From Sphaerodactylus townsendi (lineage: Eukaryota): DNA of 64,000 nucleotides. The notes below the pieces were generated by a model. It worked only from the letters and a program-made list of their open reading frames with translations, had not been told where the DNA came from and searched no databases. This document shows, piece after piece, positions 13,329-25,579 of the stretch. Position numbers and translations under genes: made by a program. The stretch's first letter is position 1; every line of letters starts with the position of its first letter. Location of the stretch: contig NC_059426.1 of assembly GCF_021028975.2 (NCBI RefSeq), forward strand, positions 26,722,001 to 26,786,000, given 5' to 3'.

Positions 13329-13635
13329 AGGGTGTTGTGGGTTTTCCAGGTTGTATGGCCATGATTCAGTAGCATTTTCTCCTGACGTTTCGCCTGCATC
13401 TATGGCTAACATCAATATAATAATTAATATTACTAATTAATAGAAATGATAATTAATACTAATTGTTAAAGCCAACAGCAGTACACTGAGGCTTTCACAG
13501 CCAAAATCATTAGGGTGCAGCCACAGATGCAGGCGAAACGTCAGGAGAAAATGCTACTGGAACACAGCTGTACAACCTGGAAAACCCACAACACCCTAGT
13601 CATGTGATTCTGGCTGTGAAAGCCTTCGACAATAC
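13329..13635. mobile_element. Penelope-like inverted-repeat relic with internal inverted copy of its flank
   Basis: Arms 13326-13407 and 13519-13600 are reverse complements containing GCAGGCGAAACGTCAGGAG; tail GTGAAAGCCTTCGACAATAC; approximate TSD ACAATAGTACTTACT (13314-13328) and ACAATACTACTCACT (13634-13648). Confidence 0.78.
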
Positions 13636-14801
13636 AATACTACTCACTGTTAGCAATACTTCAGTGCACTTCTATTGCCTTTAAAAATTAGTATTAATTA
13701 CAATTCCTATTAATTAGTAATACTGATTATTATATTGAAGGTTTTATAATGTGGCGTAAACAATTTTGGGGGAAATTTTGAGAGTTTAACTCGTGGTTTG
13801 AACCAGAATGCTTCTTAGTCAATTTTCCATTTCTGCTCTAATGAAAACCACCCACACATACGTTTTAAATCTATATCTTCACATACTGGATGGATGACGA
13901 TCTGTGTTGGTGGATCAGCCAAAGACTTCGCCTAGCGGAGCAGCCCGGCTCTAAAACCGCTCACCAGCGGCCCTAGAACCCGTACTGGAGACAGCGATCC
14001 AATGCAAGTTATTGCTAGGGTTGGTTGCTGGGGTAGACTGCTCCTGGTTATAGAGAGCCTCTCATGGTCAACAGCCACAGGCAGACAAATCTTGAAAAAT
14101 GAACAGAGAATCTCCTCTCCCCCTTCCATACATGCTGGAAAGAAAATCTGACTAGGTTTGATTGAGGCTACTCATGAGTAGCTGACCGCTTGGTCTCACG
14201 GTTGGCAGTAGAGAAGTCAGATTCTTAAGGTGTTTACTGCAAAGCAAGACCCATCGAGTCCAGTGGTGCTTAGTCCATTGTAAGGGTGGGCAGGATGGCC
14301 GTCAGAATCAGCACCAGCATCCTCTGGATCTGAGTCGCCGATCAATTAAATGGGGGTTTAATTGGCCAGCTGGGTGCTGAACTGACCTCCAACTTAAAAC
14401 CTGTTGTTGTTGTTTTAAACACACGCTCACACAAGCTCTCTGGGAAGAAATACCTTTGGGATACATCTGAAAAGAATTCTGCAGCATTTCAGCCAATGCG
14501 ACTGCCTTCACAGAGAACCTGTGGGGTTGTTCATGCTCGTAGTCTCCTATAGGGCCCCTGGACCTGAATTTCCCCCCATATTGAACAGTGTGTGTGTGTG
14601 GGGGGGGGGGGGCATTCAAAACAACCGCAGACCAAAGATTCTCCCTGCTCTGACGTTGTGCTCAGATTCTCTGCTCTGAATGCTCAGATTCTCTGCTCTG
14701 AATGTCGAAAACAAACTGATTAAACCATCCCCTTTCTCAAAGACAGAGAAACACAGAGAGAAGAAAAGCGTGACTTGTTTGCACAGGAATAAATCTTTTG
14801 T

Positions 14802-14807
14802 TTTATT
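14802..14807 (-). terminator. Candidate HoxD8 polyadenylation signal AATAAA
   Basis: TTTATT on the plus strand about 490 nt past the stop codon. Confidence 0.5.
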
Positions 14808-15296
14808 TCGATAACTTACTGATCATTAAAAAGGTTTCATTGTATGGTAGTTCTTTTGGGGGGGGAATCATTTAAATCTGTTCATTAATTTACAATTAAA
14901 AAAATAAGTGGGAGAGAAATTTCGAGATAAATACAGGTGCAAAACTTTGCTGATTCGATTCTTAAAATAGATCTGACAATTCGTCCTCAGAGCAGAAGAG
15001 AAAATCCCCCCTCCCCCCCCCGTAAGAAAACCACGTACAAAATCGCTAGGTTGGGTTCCTTTAAAGTTGTCGAATTCCAAATGAAGAAAATAAGGTGTGC
15101 AAAAGTTGATTGGGACTCCGGAGAAGTCGCAGGAGCAAATCAAACAAATTCTCGCCTAGCACAGGACTGTCCTAGAAAGACAAGGTGGGATCCTTGCGTC
15201 AAAGGTGCCTGAGAAGCCACGGGGGCGGCCAGAAGCTGCCCCCCACCCCGTTTGTGCCGTTGTCCTTAAGCCAAGGTTCAGAGGAGGGGGGGGGGC

Positions 15297-15595
15297 TTAC
15301 TTGGTGGAGCCATCCCCTCTGCCTTCTAGATCTTCCTGAGTTTCCTTCTGCGGTTCCCCGCCTTCCTTTCCCTCTTGCCTGGCCGCTGGGAATTTGTCTT
15401 TGCTGTTCTCTTTTTTCCATTTCATCCTCCGGTTCTGAAACCAGATCTTGACCTGCCGCTCTGTGAGTCCCAGCGCGTGAGAGACCTCGATCCGTCTCTT
15501 CCTGGTCAGATAAGGGTTAAAAAGGAACTCCTTCTCCAACTCCAGAGTCTGGAAGCGACTGTATGTTTGCCTTCCTCTCCGCCTACCAGGAGCTG
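15297..15595 (-). CDS. HOXD8: Hox-D8, coding exon 2 (homeodomain); spliced protein about 298 aa
   Basis: [69 protein letters not shown]; tandem acceptor CACAG|CAG|CT (exon start 15595 or 15592); TAA at 15299-15297. Confidence 0.96.
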
Positions 15596-16240
15596 CTGTG
15601 AAGGGGGGAAAGATAAACATACACACACGTATACACACACACAGAGAGAGAGAGGGTTTACAAAAGGGGAAAAAAAGATACCAAGACGTTCACTATCTCG
15701 GGTCCCCATGGATTTGCTCGACGCGAAAATGAGTCTGGGGAGGGGGCGTCTTTGGTTGGCACGTTCTAGGGGTCACTTGGACTGGGTGGAGGGTACGTTC
15801 AGCGCTTAGACACCCGTGGTCTTAGGCCACTGTATTCAGGAGAGTGTCGCAAAAGGCTCGTCCTCCGCAGTTGCTTGAGAGTAAACCCGGTGGGGCAGTC
15901 AGAAGGACAGGCCGGGCGAAGGGAGTTCGGCCTGGCCGTTCAACCCAGTGGTCTCATCCGGCTAACTTCCGTCAAACTGAAATGCACGCGGGGGACGAGG
16001 GTCGCTCCTGGGCCCTGCCCGAAGGGACCGCGGATCAAATAAACTAATTCGGAATAGGAAGGCGGGCGAGAAGCATCGGCGGCCTTGGGGCAGAGCGACG
16101 TGGGAAGGGACTGTACACATTCTGAGCGGGAGGGAATAACAGCCACACGAGTATTTATATTATGTTCACAGTATGTATACAATAGTCATAATAAGGGAAA
16201 GAGAGAGGGAGAAAGAGGGAGGGAGGGAAAGGAAGCGAGC

Positions 16241-16392
16241 NNNNNNNNNNNNNNNNNNNNNNNNNNNNNNNNNNNNNNNNNNNNNNNNNNNNNNNNNNNN
16301 NNNNNNNNNNNNNNNNNNNNNNNNNNNNNNNNNNNNNNNNNNNNNNNNNNNNNNNNNNNNNNNNNNNNNNNNNNNNNNNNNNNNNNNNNNNN
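16241..16392. other. Assembly gap in the HoxD8 intron (other gaps: 27615-27762, 35799-35971, 36333-36595, 49137-49287, 58570-58774)
   Basis: Runs of N. Confidence 0.99.
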
Positions 16393-16490
16393 AAGAGAGG
16401 AGAGCAGAGGAGAGCAGAGGAGAGGAGAGGCCAGAGAGAGGGCCTGCCAGAAGGGCCCTGTGGCGGCTGCTGCTGCTGCTGGCGCCCAAC

Positions 16491-17088
16491 CTTGCGGTCT
16501 CATCCAGGGGAAGAGGGGAGCCGGCGACGCGCCCTGATTTAAGCGCTCTGGTTCCTCGCCAAGGTTCGCGCCGGACGATTTACAGTCCGCGTAGTGGACC
16601 AGCTCGGCCTCTTGGTGTGTCGTAAAAAGCGCCTGTCGCTGTAAGTTATCGTATCCGTAAAACTTGGCCGGCTCCCCTGGACAAGGCGGGCCGGCGCAGG
16701 GGGGCTGCGGAGGCGGCGGCGGGTAGGCTGAGGGGGCCCCCCCGGCCAGGTGCTGCGGGGGCTGCGGGTGGTGGTGCTGGTGGTGCTGGTGGAGAGGCTG
16801 GTGGTGGTGGTGGTGGGGATAGAACTCCGGGCCTCCGCCGCCGCCGCCGCCGCCTCCTCCTCCTGCTGGGCCCGGGCCGGGCGGGGGCTGCTGCGGTGGC
16901 GGGGGGAAGCCGGCGGCGGCGGCGGCAGCGGCGGCAGCGGCGCTGTTCCCGTAGAGCAGGGCGGCGGCAGCGGCGGCGGCGGCGGCGGGCGCAAAGTGAC
17001 AGTCGTAGTACGCGGGATTGATGGGCGGCTCGTCCCCGCCGGCCGCCTTGTACTTGGAGTAGAGCGGGTTGACGAAGTAGGAGCTCAT
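16491..17088 (-). CDS. HOXD8: Homeobox protein Hox-D8, coding exon 1
   Basis: ATG at 17088 gives [14 protein letters not shown] (Hox8 N-terminus), [14 protein letters not shown] and hexapeptide LFPWMRPQ; donor CAAG|GTTGGG at 16491/16490; 598 nt, phase 1. Confidence 0.96.
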
Positions 17089-20000
17089 CGGAGGGCGGGG
17101 GACCAGCCGAGGCGCCGCCGCAGGAGCCGGAGCAGCAGCAGTAGGAGGAGGAGGAGCAGGGCCGGCCGAGGCCCCGGGCCGCCGCCTGGCTCGACTCGCG
17201 CCGCCCTACTCACAGCTTACTCGCAGCTTACTCCGTCCCCGGACGCTCTGGCGGCCTCTGCACTCAGGGCAGGAACAGAAGTCTGACCTGCTTGAGCGCT
17301 TTTACTATTTCCTATTAGGCAGCCCCCGACAGACCCGCCGCCGCGCACTCACTCGCTCGCCCGCTCGCTCGCTCACATGGGCCGGGACTTCGGGGCCGGG
17401 CAGGAGCGCCTCTTGGCTGAGCCTTTCGCTTTTACCTCCCCAGGCAGGAAAAGAACCACAACAAAACAACACAGAGAGAGAGAGGGGGGAGGGGGGGACC
17501 CTTCCCGGCCTGCCAGCCAGCCAGCCAGCCAAACTACCCCACCAGCTACCCAGACGAGCAGCCTCCCCCCCGTCCCGCCTCCCCTACGGCCCCCCGGCGG
17601 TGTGCGCACTGGCTTGGAAGCGCCCATTTCTCCGCGGGCCACTGAGTCGAGAGAGACGCGCAGAGATCCGGGCCAGAGATAAGAGAGAACCGGCTGCAGC
17701 TGCGAGCCACACAGCCAGGCCAGGCCTCCTTGGCCCTGTGTTTAAACTCCCCCCATGGCCCGGCTCGCCTCAAGGCTCAACATGGAGGGAAATGGAACAG
17801 GTTTGGGGCGAGGGGCGAGGGGCGAGGGGCGAGGGGCGGGGTTAAAACCCGGAGCCAAAGCCCCAGACTCGGTTCTAGGCCGCGAGTTCGAGACCTGGCC
17901 GGGGAGGGACTTCTGAACATGTACAGAGACCTCCAAAGTACAACTGGAAGACTGGGGAAGAGGGGGGGCTTTCTCTTCCGGGTCAGAGGGCCCGGCTTTG
18001 GGGGTAGCTGTAAAGGCACCAGGGAGGTGCTTTGGCCACAGTGGCTCCAGTGCCTGCAAAGGGCAGCCTGGAAAGAGACGAGGGACAGAAGCCAAGCAGA
18101 GCCTAGCACGAAAGGCCCAAAGGCCAGCCCAGGGGGACGGTCCGTGGCTTGCAGGGGGGATTCGGGGTTCAGGCGGAAGGGGCGGCTGATGCTGCCAGCC
18201 AGGAATCTGTTGCTCTGTATTTCCGGGGGGGGGGGGAACCGGGAGGGAGGAGGGGGGTCGGTTCCAGGCCAGTAGGCCGGTGGCAAATGAGATGCACATT
18301 TCCCCTTGACGCAGGGCGCGCTTGGCTGCAGCTCCCAGATTAATTGGTACTTAATGGAAATCATGACCATGAATAGCCTTCCCTGCATTTCGCCCTGGGT
18401 GGACGTCATTAGCCAAGTCTGGGGGGGGGGGGGAAGGGAGGGGGGAGAGAAAATACTAATATTGGGTTGGTAGGTGGGTGCGCGCTGGCATCGCTTGAGG
18501 TCGGGATTTGCAAGAAGGAACCGGGGACGGGATAGGACGGACGGACGGACGGACGGGTGGCACCGTCCTTTCTGTGGCGCCGGACTGTACCCTACGCGCC
18601 GCTGCTCACCTGGAAACGTCTTATTCCTTGTCAGAGTCGCCGAAGACTTGACCTTTCTTTGCTGGGGAAGCAGGGGAAAGTTGTGGGGGGGGGGGGACTC
18701 CCTTCGAACCCACCAAGGCCGGCCTGGGCTGTGAGGGGCGCAGAATTGCCGTGTATTGAGGACTCGGGGTCAGTTCGCAAGAATCCCAACGTGTAACCCC
18801 AACCCTTTGTTAGACATACAGAGGATAGGCCTTCTCGCGAGCAAGTTGTCTCATCTGGACGGTTCCGAGATGCAATAACGAATGGCCTTACCTCCAATAT
18901 TATCGGGGGGGGGGGGGATGAATGGCATGTATTTAAAAGAGCTTCTGATTTGCAAGGACAATACAATTTATTAGAATTTTATCGCCACAAGAAAGGATAA
19001 TATTAACGAAATACCTCCCTCCAGTCAGACAGAAGCACATGGTAGACAATTTGGCGAAAATACTCCTTCTTTCTCTCTTTGCTGTGCTTTAATTTGGGGA
19101 GGGGTTGCTTTTATTTTTAAAAAATCCCAAGATTTAAAAAGAAAAGCGAGTTTCTCCCAACACCACCCCAGTTTATTTATTTCTCCTAACCTAATTGCCT
19201 CGTGGAAGAAAATTTATACTCTTGTTCCGGGGGAAACTGGTTCCACTTTGCAAAAAAAACAACAAAAAACCACCAAGGGGATCTCTCTTAACAAGGCAGG
19301 CAATCTTTCAGTGGGGGGGGGATCATACGAATTCCCACCCACCCCCTAAGCACCCGACTTCATCCCACTTTTAGAACTCTGCGTTGTACCGACATGTTTG
19401 TAGGGGTGCTGGTCGCTGTTGGGGAATTGCGGTTTGATTAGCCGGCCGCTGCTGGTTAAACTGTGAAATTTAAATTTCTTCAAAGCCGCAGCATCCCATA
19501 TGAGCAGGGAATTCTTTTTATGTCTAGAGGTAAACCCTGACTTGAGAGTGTTTTTCTTCGCTGCTGGTCCACGGAAGGAATGCTCGAAGAACTGGAAAAA
19601 TTAAGGCCTCGATATTTGGACTCCACAACCTTTGCGTTGATTTCAGATGTATGGAAGCCAAGCTGTCCCCAGAATCCATCCATCCATCCATCCATCCACC
19701 CCACCCCCACCCTACAAAGACACACAGAGGCACACACCTGAATTCCCCTTAGGGTGATATTCCTGGAGCGAACAATGCTGTACTCGTCAGAGAACTTGGC
19801 GTTTGTGGGTTGGTTTGATTTGGTTTAATTTCCTTAGGTTGGCTAAATATAATAAAAAAGATGCGCCTTGAAGAAAACGTGCCCAGGCATTACAGCAAAC
19901 TCAAAAAAAATAAATGCTTTTACTGAGCAAGTGTGTGTTTTTACTGAAAAATATGACTTGGTTCTGAGTCCAAAACCCAAATGCAAGGTTAATGGTTAAT

Positions 20001-20817
20001 GCAGCAGAAAATCCTTTTGTTAATGTTGAACTTTTACATGCATACCAATATACATTTACATGTAACCATTTGTTATATAGAGAAAACTATTGGTTCCCCA
20101 GAAAAGACAACTTGTTTCTTTTTTTCATCTTTCCATATTTTAATTAATTCCTAATATTTGGTAATGTGTTAGTGATAGTTTGGGGTGTTGCATATATCTA
20201 CTAACATATTAAAAGGTTGTTTTTTATTTTAAAAAAAGAGACCCCTTTAAAGAAAACAGCAACAAACTTACCTTTCTTAATTATGTTTCCCTACACAAAG
20301 CAGAGTTTATTACATACTTGTATAGGTTTTGGGAAAACAGACCAAAATTTGCCAGAAGCAGTCAAAAGCAATTTGGAAATAAATGGTAATAATAATTACC
20401 CATACACCGTTGCTGTTACTGTTTCCTTAAGAGTTTGGATTAAAATTGTTCATTTCTTTTGTGTGTGTGTTTTGTTAAGCACTGTAAAGAATTTTCACCT
20501 TGAACTTCCTGTTGTTATTTAAAAATTTTAAAAATGGCCTGGCCTTATCCAGATACAATTTTTTTAATCCGCCTCTGGTCTGTAATAATTGAATGTAGCG
20601 TCATAAGCAAATTAGTAGGGGAGGATACATTCAGTAATTAGTTGGATCATAGCAAAAAAATCCTTCATTAGGTCGCGCACCTTTATTTTTAGCCACAAAC
20701 ACCAAAATCATGGATATATATATATTTTAAAAAACAGCCTGTATATATTTAATCAACACACAATCCCGGTCAGATGCAAGGGGGGGGGGGGGATGAAGAT
20801 CTCTAACAATGGAGCAA

Positions 20818-20836
20818 TACCGCCCTCTAGTGGCAA
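20818..20836 (-). promoter_or_regulatory. CTCF motif between HoxD8 and HoxD9
   Basis: Minus strand TTGCCACTAGAGGGCGGTA is a full match to the core CCASYAGRKGGCRS. Confidence 0.75.
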
Positions 20837-23800
20837 TGTGAAATCTTGAATCTTGTGGCACGTCATGATTATGTTCCTTCTAAAAGGAATTCGAAAGAAA
20901 ATGATTTAGCAGGACTCCTCACTTCCATGGGTTGCAGAAATACCGCACATTAAAAAAAAAAATTTGCTAAGATGACTAAATAAGTCGTGCAACCCCCACC
21001 CAAAAGCTTCAATGCGCTTGTAATTATTACAAAGAATTTACAAATACTCTCGACAAATAAAAACTAGGGCACACCGTCCTAAATCTTGAGTGTTAAGGCA
21101 TAATTCCTGATCCATATACAGTGTTGACCCTTGTTGGTGAGGGCATGGGCTCTCTCATTCACCTGCGTTTTAACAGAATCATGTTACAGAAGGAATTGAA
21201 ACGGTCCACTCGCTGCTGTTTTAATATCGAGCGTGTGACTCCCCTACATTTACAAGCAGCCTAAACAGGCCCACTCCGAAGTAAATCCGAATTTCTTCCA
21301 TGGGGCTTATTCCCATGAAAGTTGTTGTAGGACTGCAGCTCCGGCTTCTTTTTGTTACTTTTGTTTCGTTTTCAGGTTCATAACTATGCCGCCTTGAACT
21401 TGCCTATTTCATTATATTTCTTACCGCAAGAGATTATCAAATCTCGATCAACCATGCCCATTAATTTTGGGATTCCCCATTCCTGATTCACCCAAGGCTG
21501 TTTAAAAGGGAAATATCAAAATATACCTCATGCTGCAAAGGGTATGTTCTTGCTCCCTGAATTCTGTAGAAACTATAGAATATGTGTTATTAAAATGCCC
21601 CCTCTATGAGTAGGCCAGGGACAAATGCCTGTCACCTCTGCAACATGACATATTGTTCTGATAAAGTTTGTTGTGACAAAGCGGAATGCCATATTCAGAT
21701 CATGTTTTTTTCTTTTTCATAATGAATAAGCAGAACTTGGCTACCGGTTCAGTAATAATGTCCTTTTTATCTTGTAATAAATTGTGCTGTTTGGTATTTT
21801 GGTGCTGTTTTGGTATGTTTACATTGTATAATGATATATGTATGGATGTCGCTGGAGGTCTGGAGAGAGATCTGCATTTGCTGTTTTGTTGTAGATGTTT
21901 TTGCTGTATTAGAGAATTGTACTGTATTTGGTCACTGAACGTAAATAAAGACAACTACTGCTACACCCAAAGCAGGGAGGCTTCTCTATTACAATACAAC
22001 AAGTTGCACACCGATTGCTGGAAGTGTGCGTGGGCTCCTGCGTTTTCTTTGGAGCCCCAGAGCTCTCTGCAGGGCCAGTTTGAAATCAATAAACCTGGAC
22101 TTGGGGCTGGGAGAACCTCGGCAAGTTTACACTCGTTTAATTCCAAAGTGGGACTCAAGTCTCCTTGCTCCTGGGGGCCTGCCTCCAAGGTCTATGTCCC
22201 CACAAATCTAGCCCCGCTTCCGGCCTCTTTTCTCCAGCCCCACGTCCATAACCTCATTCATTACTTCCAAAAGAAACTCCCGCCTTTCCGAAACAGCGCC
22301 CAACCCCACCCGGGCAGGTTTGAATCCTCTCCATTTTTACGGGCTCCTCCCGCTCCCCTTGACTCTCGTCTGGCCTCCTCGGGTGGCAGGTCGACATTTA
22401 CAGCCCAGGTTTTAAGACCTGGGCTTTGTCTGCAGGGGTGTTTTATCCCAACAAACACAAACATCAAAATAAGATGGGTCCCCAAGAATGAGCCATTGCA
22501 TATCGTAAAGTCATTAGGTCCAGACGTCTAGCCTCCTCAATGGTTTTATGGTGCCCCGGTTCTTCCTGTTGTGTGTGTGTGTGTGTGTTTTAAACACACT
22601 TTCCCCCCCCCCCCCCAGGCCTTTATCGCTGTTGTGTGTCTTGGGGTGGGGAGGCGAAGGGGAAAGGGCGGGCAGAGATGGCACCGACAGACCCAGCGGG
22701 GCCCCAGATCAGGGCTCTGCCGGGGTGTCCTTCACAGTTAGATCTTCTTTCAAAACGTCCTGGATGCGGGGGGGGGGGGTTCTCAAAAGTCCCCTTCTCT
22801 TTTCTCCAGCTAATTCGGGGCTGCTTTCCTACCTCTTTCGCCTGTAATACGCACAAACCCCCGACTGCCTGGTGGGCACAACCCAGAACCCCCACTGCCC
22901 CAGCCAGACCCGTTCACTGCATGAGCAGAGGTGAATGAATGGACCGGGCTTGGAAAGAGTGCGAGAGGACTATCTCAGCGCGCTGGTGGGTCGCTCGTCC
23001 AAGAGCTCTCCTTCCCTTTCGTGTTTGGCCCGAGTCGTCAGAGTTCATAAATGCTTAATGGAAGAGGGTTTGTTATTAAATGCCCATTTCGAGCACTGGC
23101 GGGTGGAGGCCGAGTCCAAGAGGCTTCTGTCTAGCCAGTTAAATTTTTTTTCCAAGAGATCGGGAAGGAGGGAATGCTCCAAAGGACAGCCAGAAGGCAG
23201 CGTTCATCCTGATGAGCCGGCCCTGTTTGAAGGTGTCTCGACCTGCCAGGCAAATTCTCGGAGCTGAAATTACTGAGTTGAATGTGTGTGTGAGAGAGAG
23301 AAAGAGAGAGAGAGAGAGAAAGACAAAAACAGACAGAGACAACGCGGCTTTGTGGCTCGAAAGGCCATAAACTCCCCACCATGTGCAAATGCAAATCAAA
23401 GTTCATGATGCCCTCAGCAGCAGAAGGTCGAGGTCTACAAGCCCGTGGCTTCTAGAACGTGACTTTAGAAGGCCGAGTGTGGACCTAGAACCAGTTTTCT
23501 TCCCAAACTCGCCCCCGCCCCCTTCCCAGTCCCCGGGAAACTACTCCGAGGCTCCTTCGGGTTCAAACAGAAAAGACTTTCGCCAGAGAAAATCCTCCAC
23601 GCTGTTGAAGGCCTCTTACTCAGAGTCCAGTCGCTCCTCTCCGGAGTGAGGAAAACCTTCTGCTTAACGAATCGCCCCTGTTTCTCCGGATCAATGCAAA
23701 CGCTCTTTCGTCTAGAAATGGCTCCCCGCTGGCCGGGCACACAAACACACACAGGGACGAGTGGGAGGCCGTGAAGAAATCCGACTTTTGTTGCGGTCGG

Positions 23801-23948
23801 TGTTTTCCCTCCCAGCACCAGGCAGACATGTCGGCCTGTCTCCGCATTGCCTGGAGGAGCTGCCCCACAAAAGACAGACCCGACGTCTCCCTCCCCCCCC
23901 CTCAATCTTTGGGGCGGGCAAAGAAACCTTCACTTGATTCGATCCATT

Positions 23949-23954
23949 TTTATT
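23949..23954 (-). terminator. Candidate HoxD9 polyadenylation signal AATAAA
   Basis: TTTATT on the plus strand about 830 nt past the stop codon. Confidence 0.4.
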
Positions 23955-24668
23955 ATAACCGTTACAAAAACAGAAATGTCCTTAGGTAGAATCGCAGGGA
24001 TGGCGAGACGGGACGGGCGGGCCCCCAAAAGGGCCAGTAGTCGCAAGCGGTGCTCGGGGCCTGCTTCAGGTAGCCGCGAAGAAGGGAGGGGGGGTTGCCT
24101 CTTACGTCCCCCCCTTGTCCTTTGCAAACAAAATATACCGAAGGAAACAACTCCTTTTTTTTCCTTTTCAGGAATCCTGGATCACAGCGCTATTGCCGTG
24201 AAAGGAATCCGGATTAGAGTCAGTATTAAATGTCTTTGTCGTCGCCTTTGCCTTTAATAGTTTTTTAGAGGGTGGGGGGAGACCCCTTTGCTCGCTTGTT
24301 CTAGATTAGGTCTCCTAGAAGAAACATGTCCCACACTGAATATTTAGATTAAAAAAAAAAAACCCTGGAGCGTGCACCCACCATATTTTGCAACCAAACA
24401 GGAAGTTGGGGAGGCATGGAATAACCCTTCAAAATACATTCTCCAGCAAGGCAGACACCTCTCTCTCTCCCCCTTTCCTCTCCCAAAAAAAATACCTGAC
24501 ACGGACCACATTCACTGCTACCATACAATAATAATAATAACAACAACAACAACCCGAGCATTTAAAGTTCGGACTCAACGCACCTGGGGAAATAGAATAA
24601 TATTAACAGTAATCATTATCGATAGCCGTATGTGCGCGCGATGAGAGAAACCCCAGTGCATTCACTCA

Positions 24669-24670
<2 letters not shown>

Positions 24671-24727
<57 letters not shown>
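24671..24727. repeat. (CA)n microsatellite in the HoxD9 3'UTR
   Basis: CA run about 50 nt past the stop codon. Confidence 0.95.
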
Positions 24728-24729
<2 letters not shown>

Positions 24730-24779
24730 CACCACACACATTCCGTACAAACAGACCAACCACCAAACAGCCAAACCAG

Positions 24780-25021
24780 CTAGTCCCCTTTAGCGCTTTT
24801 CTCTTTGTTCATCTTTTTCATCTTCATGCGCCGGTTCTGAAACCATATTTTGACCTGCCTCTCGGTCAGGTTTAAAATCCGGGCCACTTCGTACCGGCGG
24901 TCCCTGGTGAGGTACATGTTAAAGAGGAATTCTTTCTCCAGTTCCAGGGTTTGGAATTTGGTGTAAGGGCACCGTTTTTTCCGCGTGGACCGGGCGTGGA
25001 TCCAGTTTGCGGCGGGGTTAT
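24780..25021 (-). CDS. HOXD9: Hox-D9, coding exon 2 (homeodomain)
   Basis: Read manually (not in the ORF track): acceptor CCAG|AT, then [79 protein letters not shown]; TAG at 24782-24780. Confidence 0.96.
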
Positions 25022-25307
25022 CTGGAGAGGGGGAAAGGGTCAGAGAAGAGGAAAGGAAGATGAAAGAAGGGGGGGGGAAGAGAAGGGGGCGAAGGCTGAG
25101 CGGTTTGGCTGGGTGGGGCCAGCCGCTGGCCTGCTGTGTTCGGCTGAGAGAAGGGACGGGCGGGGGACGGGGAGCCGTCCAGATTAATCTCGAATCGGCC
25201 TTTGCGCAACTGGAGAGGGGAATTCATGCATAAAACCCTGTAATGGGCCGGTCTGTTTACTGTACGAATGATGCCTTCCTGATGGCGCGGCGTGGTTATA
25301 GGGGAGC

Positions 25308-25347
<40 letters not shown>

Positions 25348-25532
25348 TATGGGTGCTCGTAGCCGGCTTGCGCCCGGGTAGGCAGCCAGACGTTTTTATA
25401 GGTTAGTAAAACTATCAGTTTTGCACATTGGAGCCGTACAGATTTCGTGCCATAAATCAAAGCGCGCGCGGGGGGGGGGGGGGGTACCTTTTTTTTCCCT
25501 TTTCGCTCCCGCTCGACTTCCCCCCCCCCTTC

Positions 25533-25566
<34 letters not shown>

Positions 25567-25579
25567 TAATATAACTTAC

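Noticed and set aside
13519-13550. Active hammerhead ribozyme
   Set aside because: The CUGANGA half of the catalytic core is absent in every copy.
1-15000. miR-10b hairpin, HoxD4, or relic HoxD5-7 homeobox
   Set aside because: No mature miR-10 sequence or WFQNRR-like coding remnant seen; they probably lie beyond the window start or are absent.
21686-22531. 281-aa plus-strand ORF (similarly 51633-52469 and 47663-48370)
   Set aside because: No recognisable domain; two of these run through microsatellites; likely chance ORFs in intergenic DNA.
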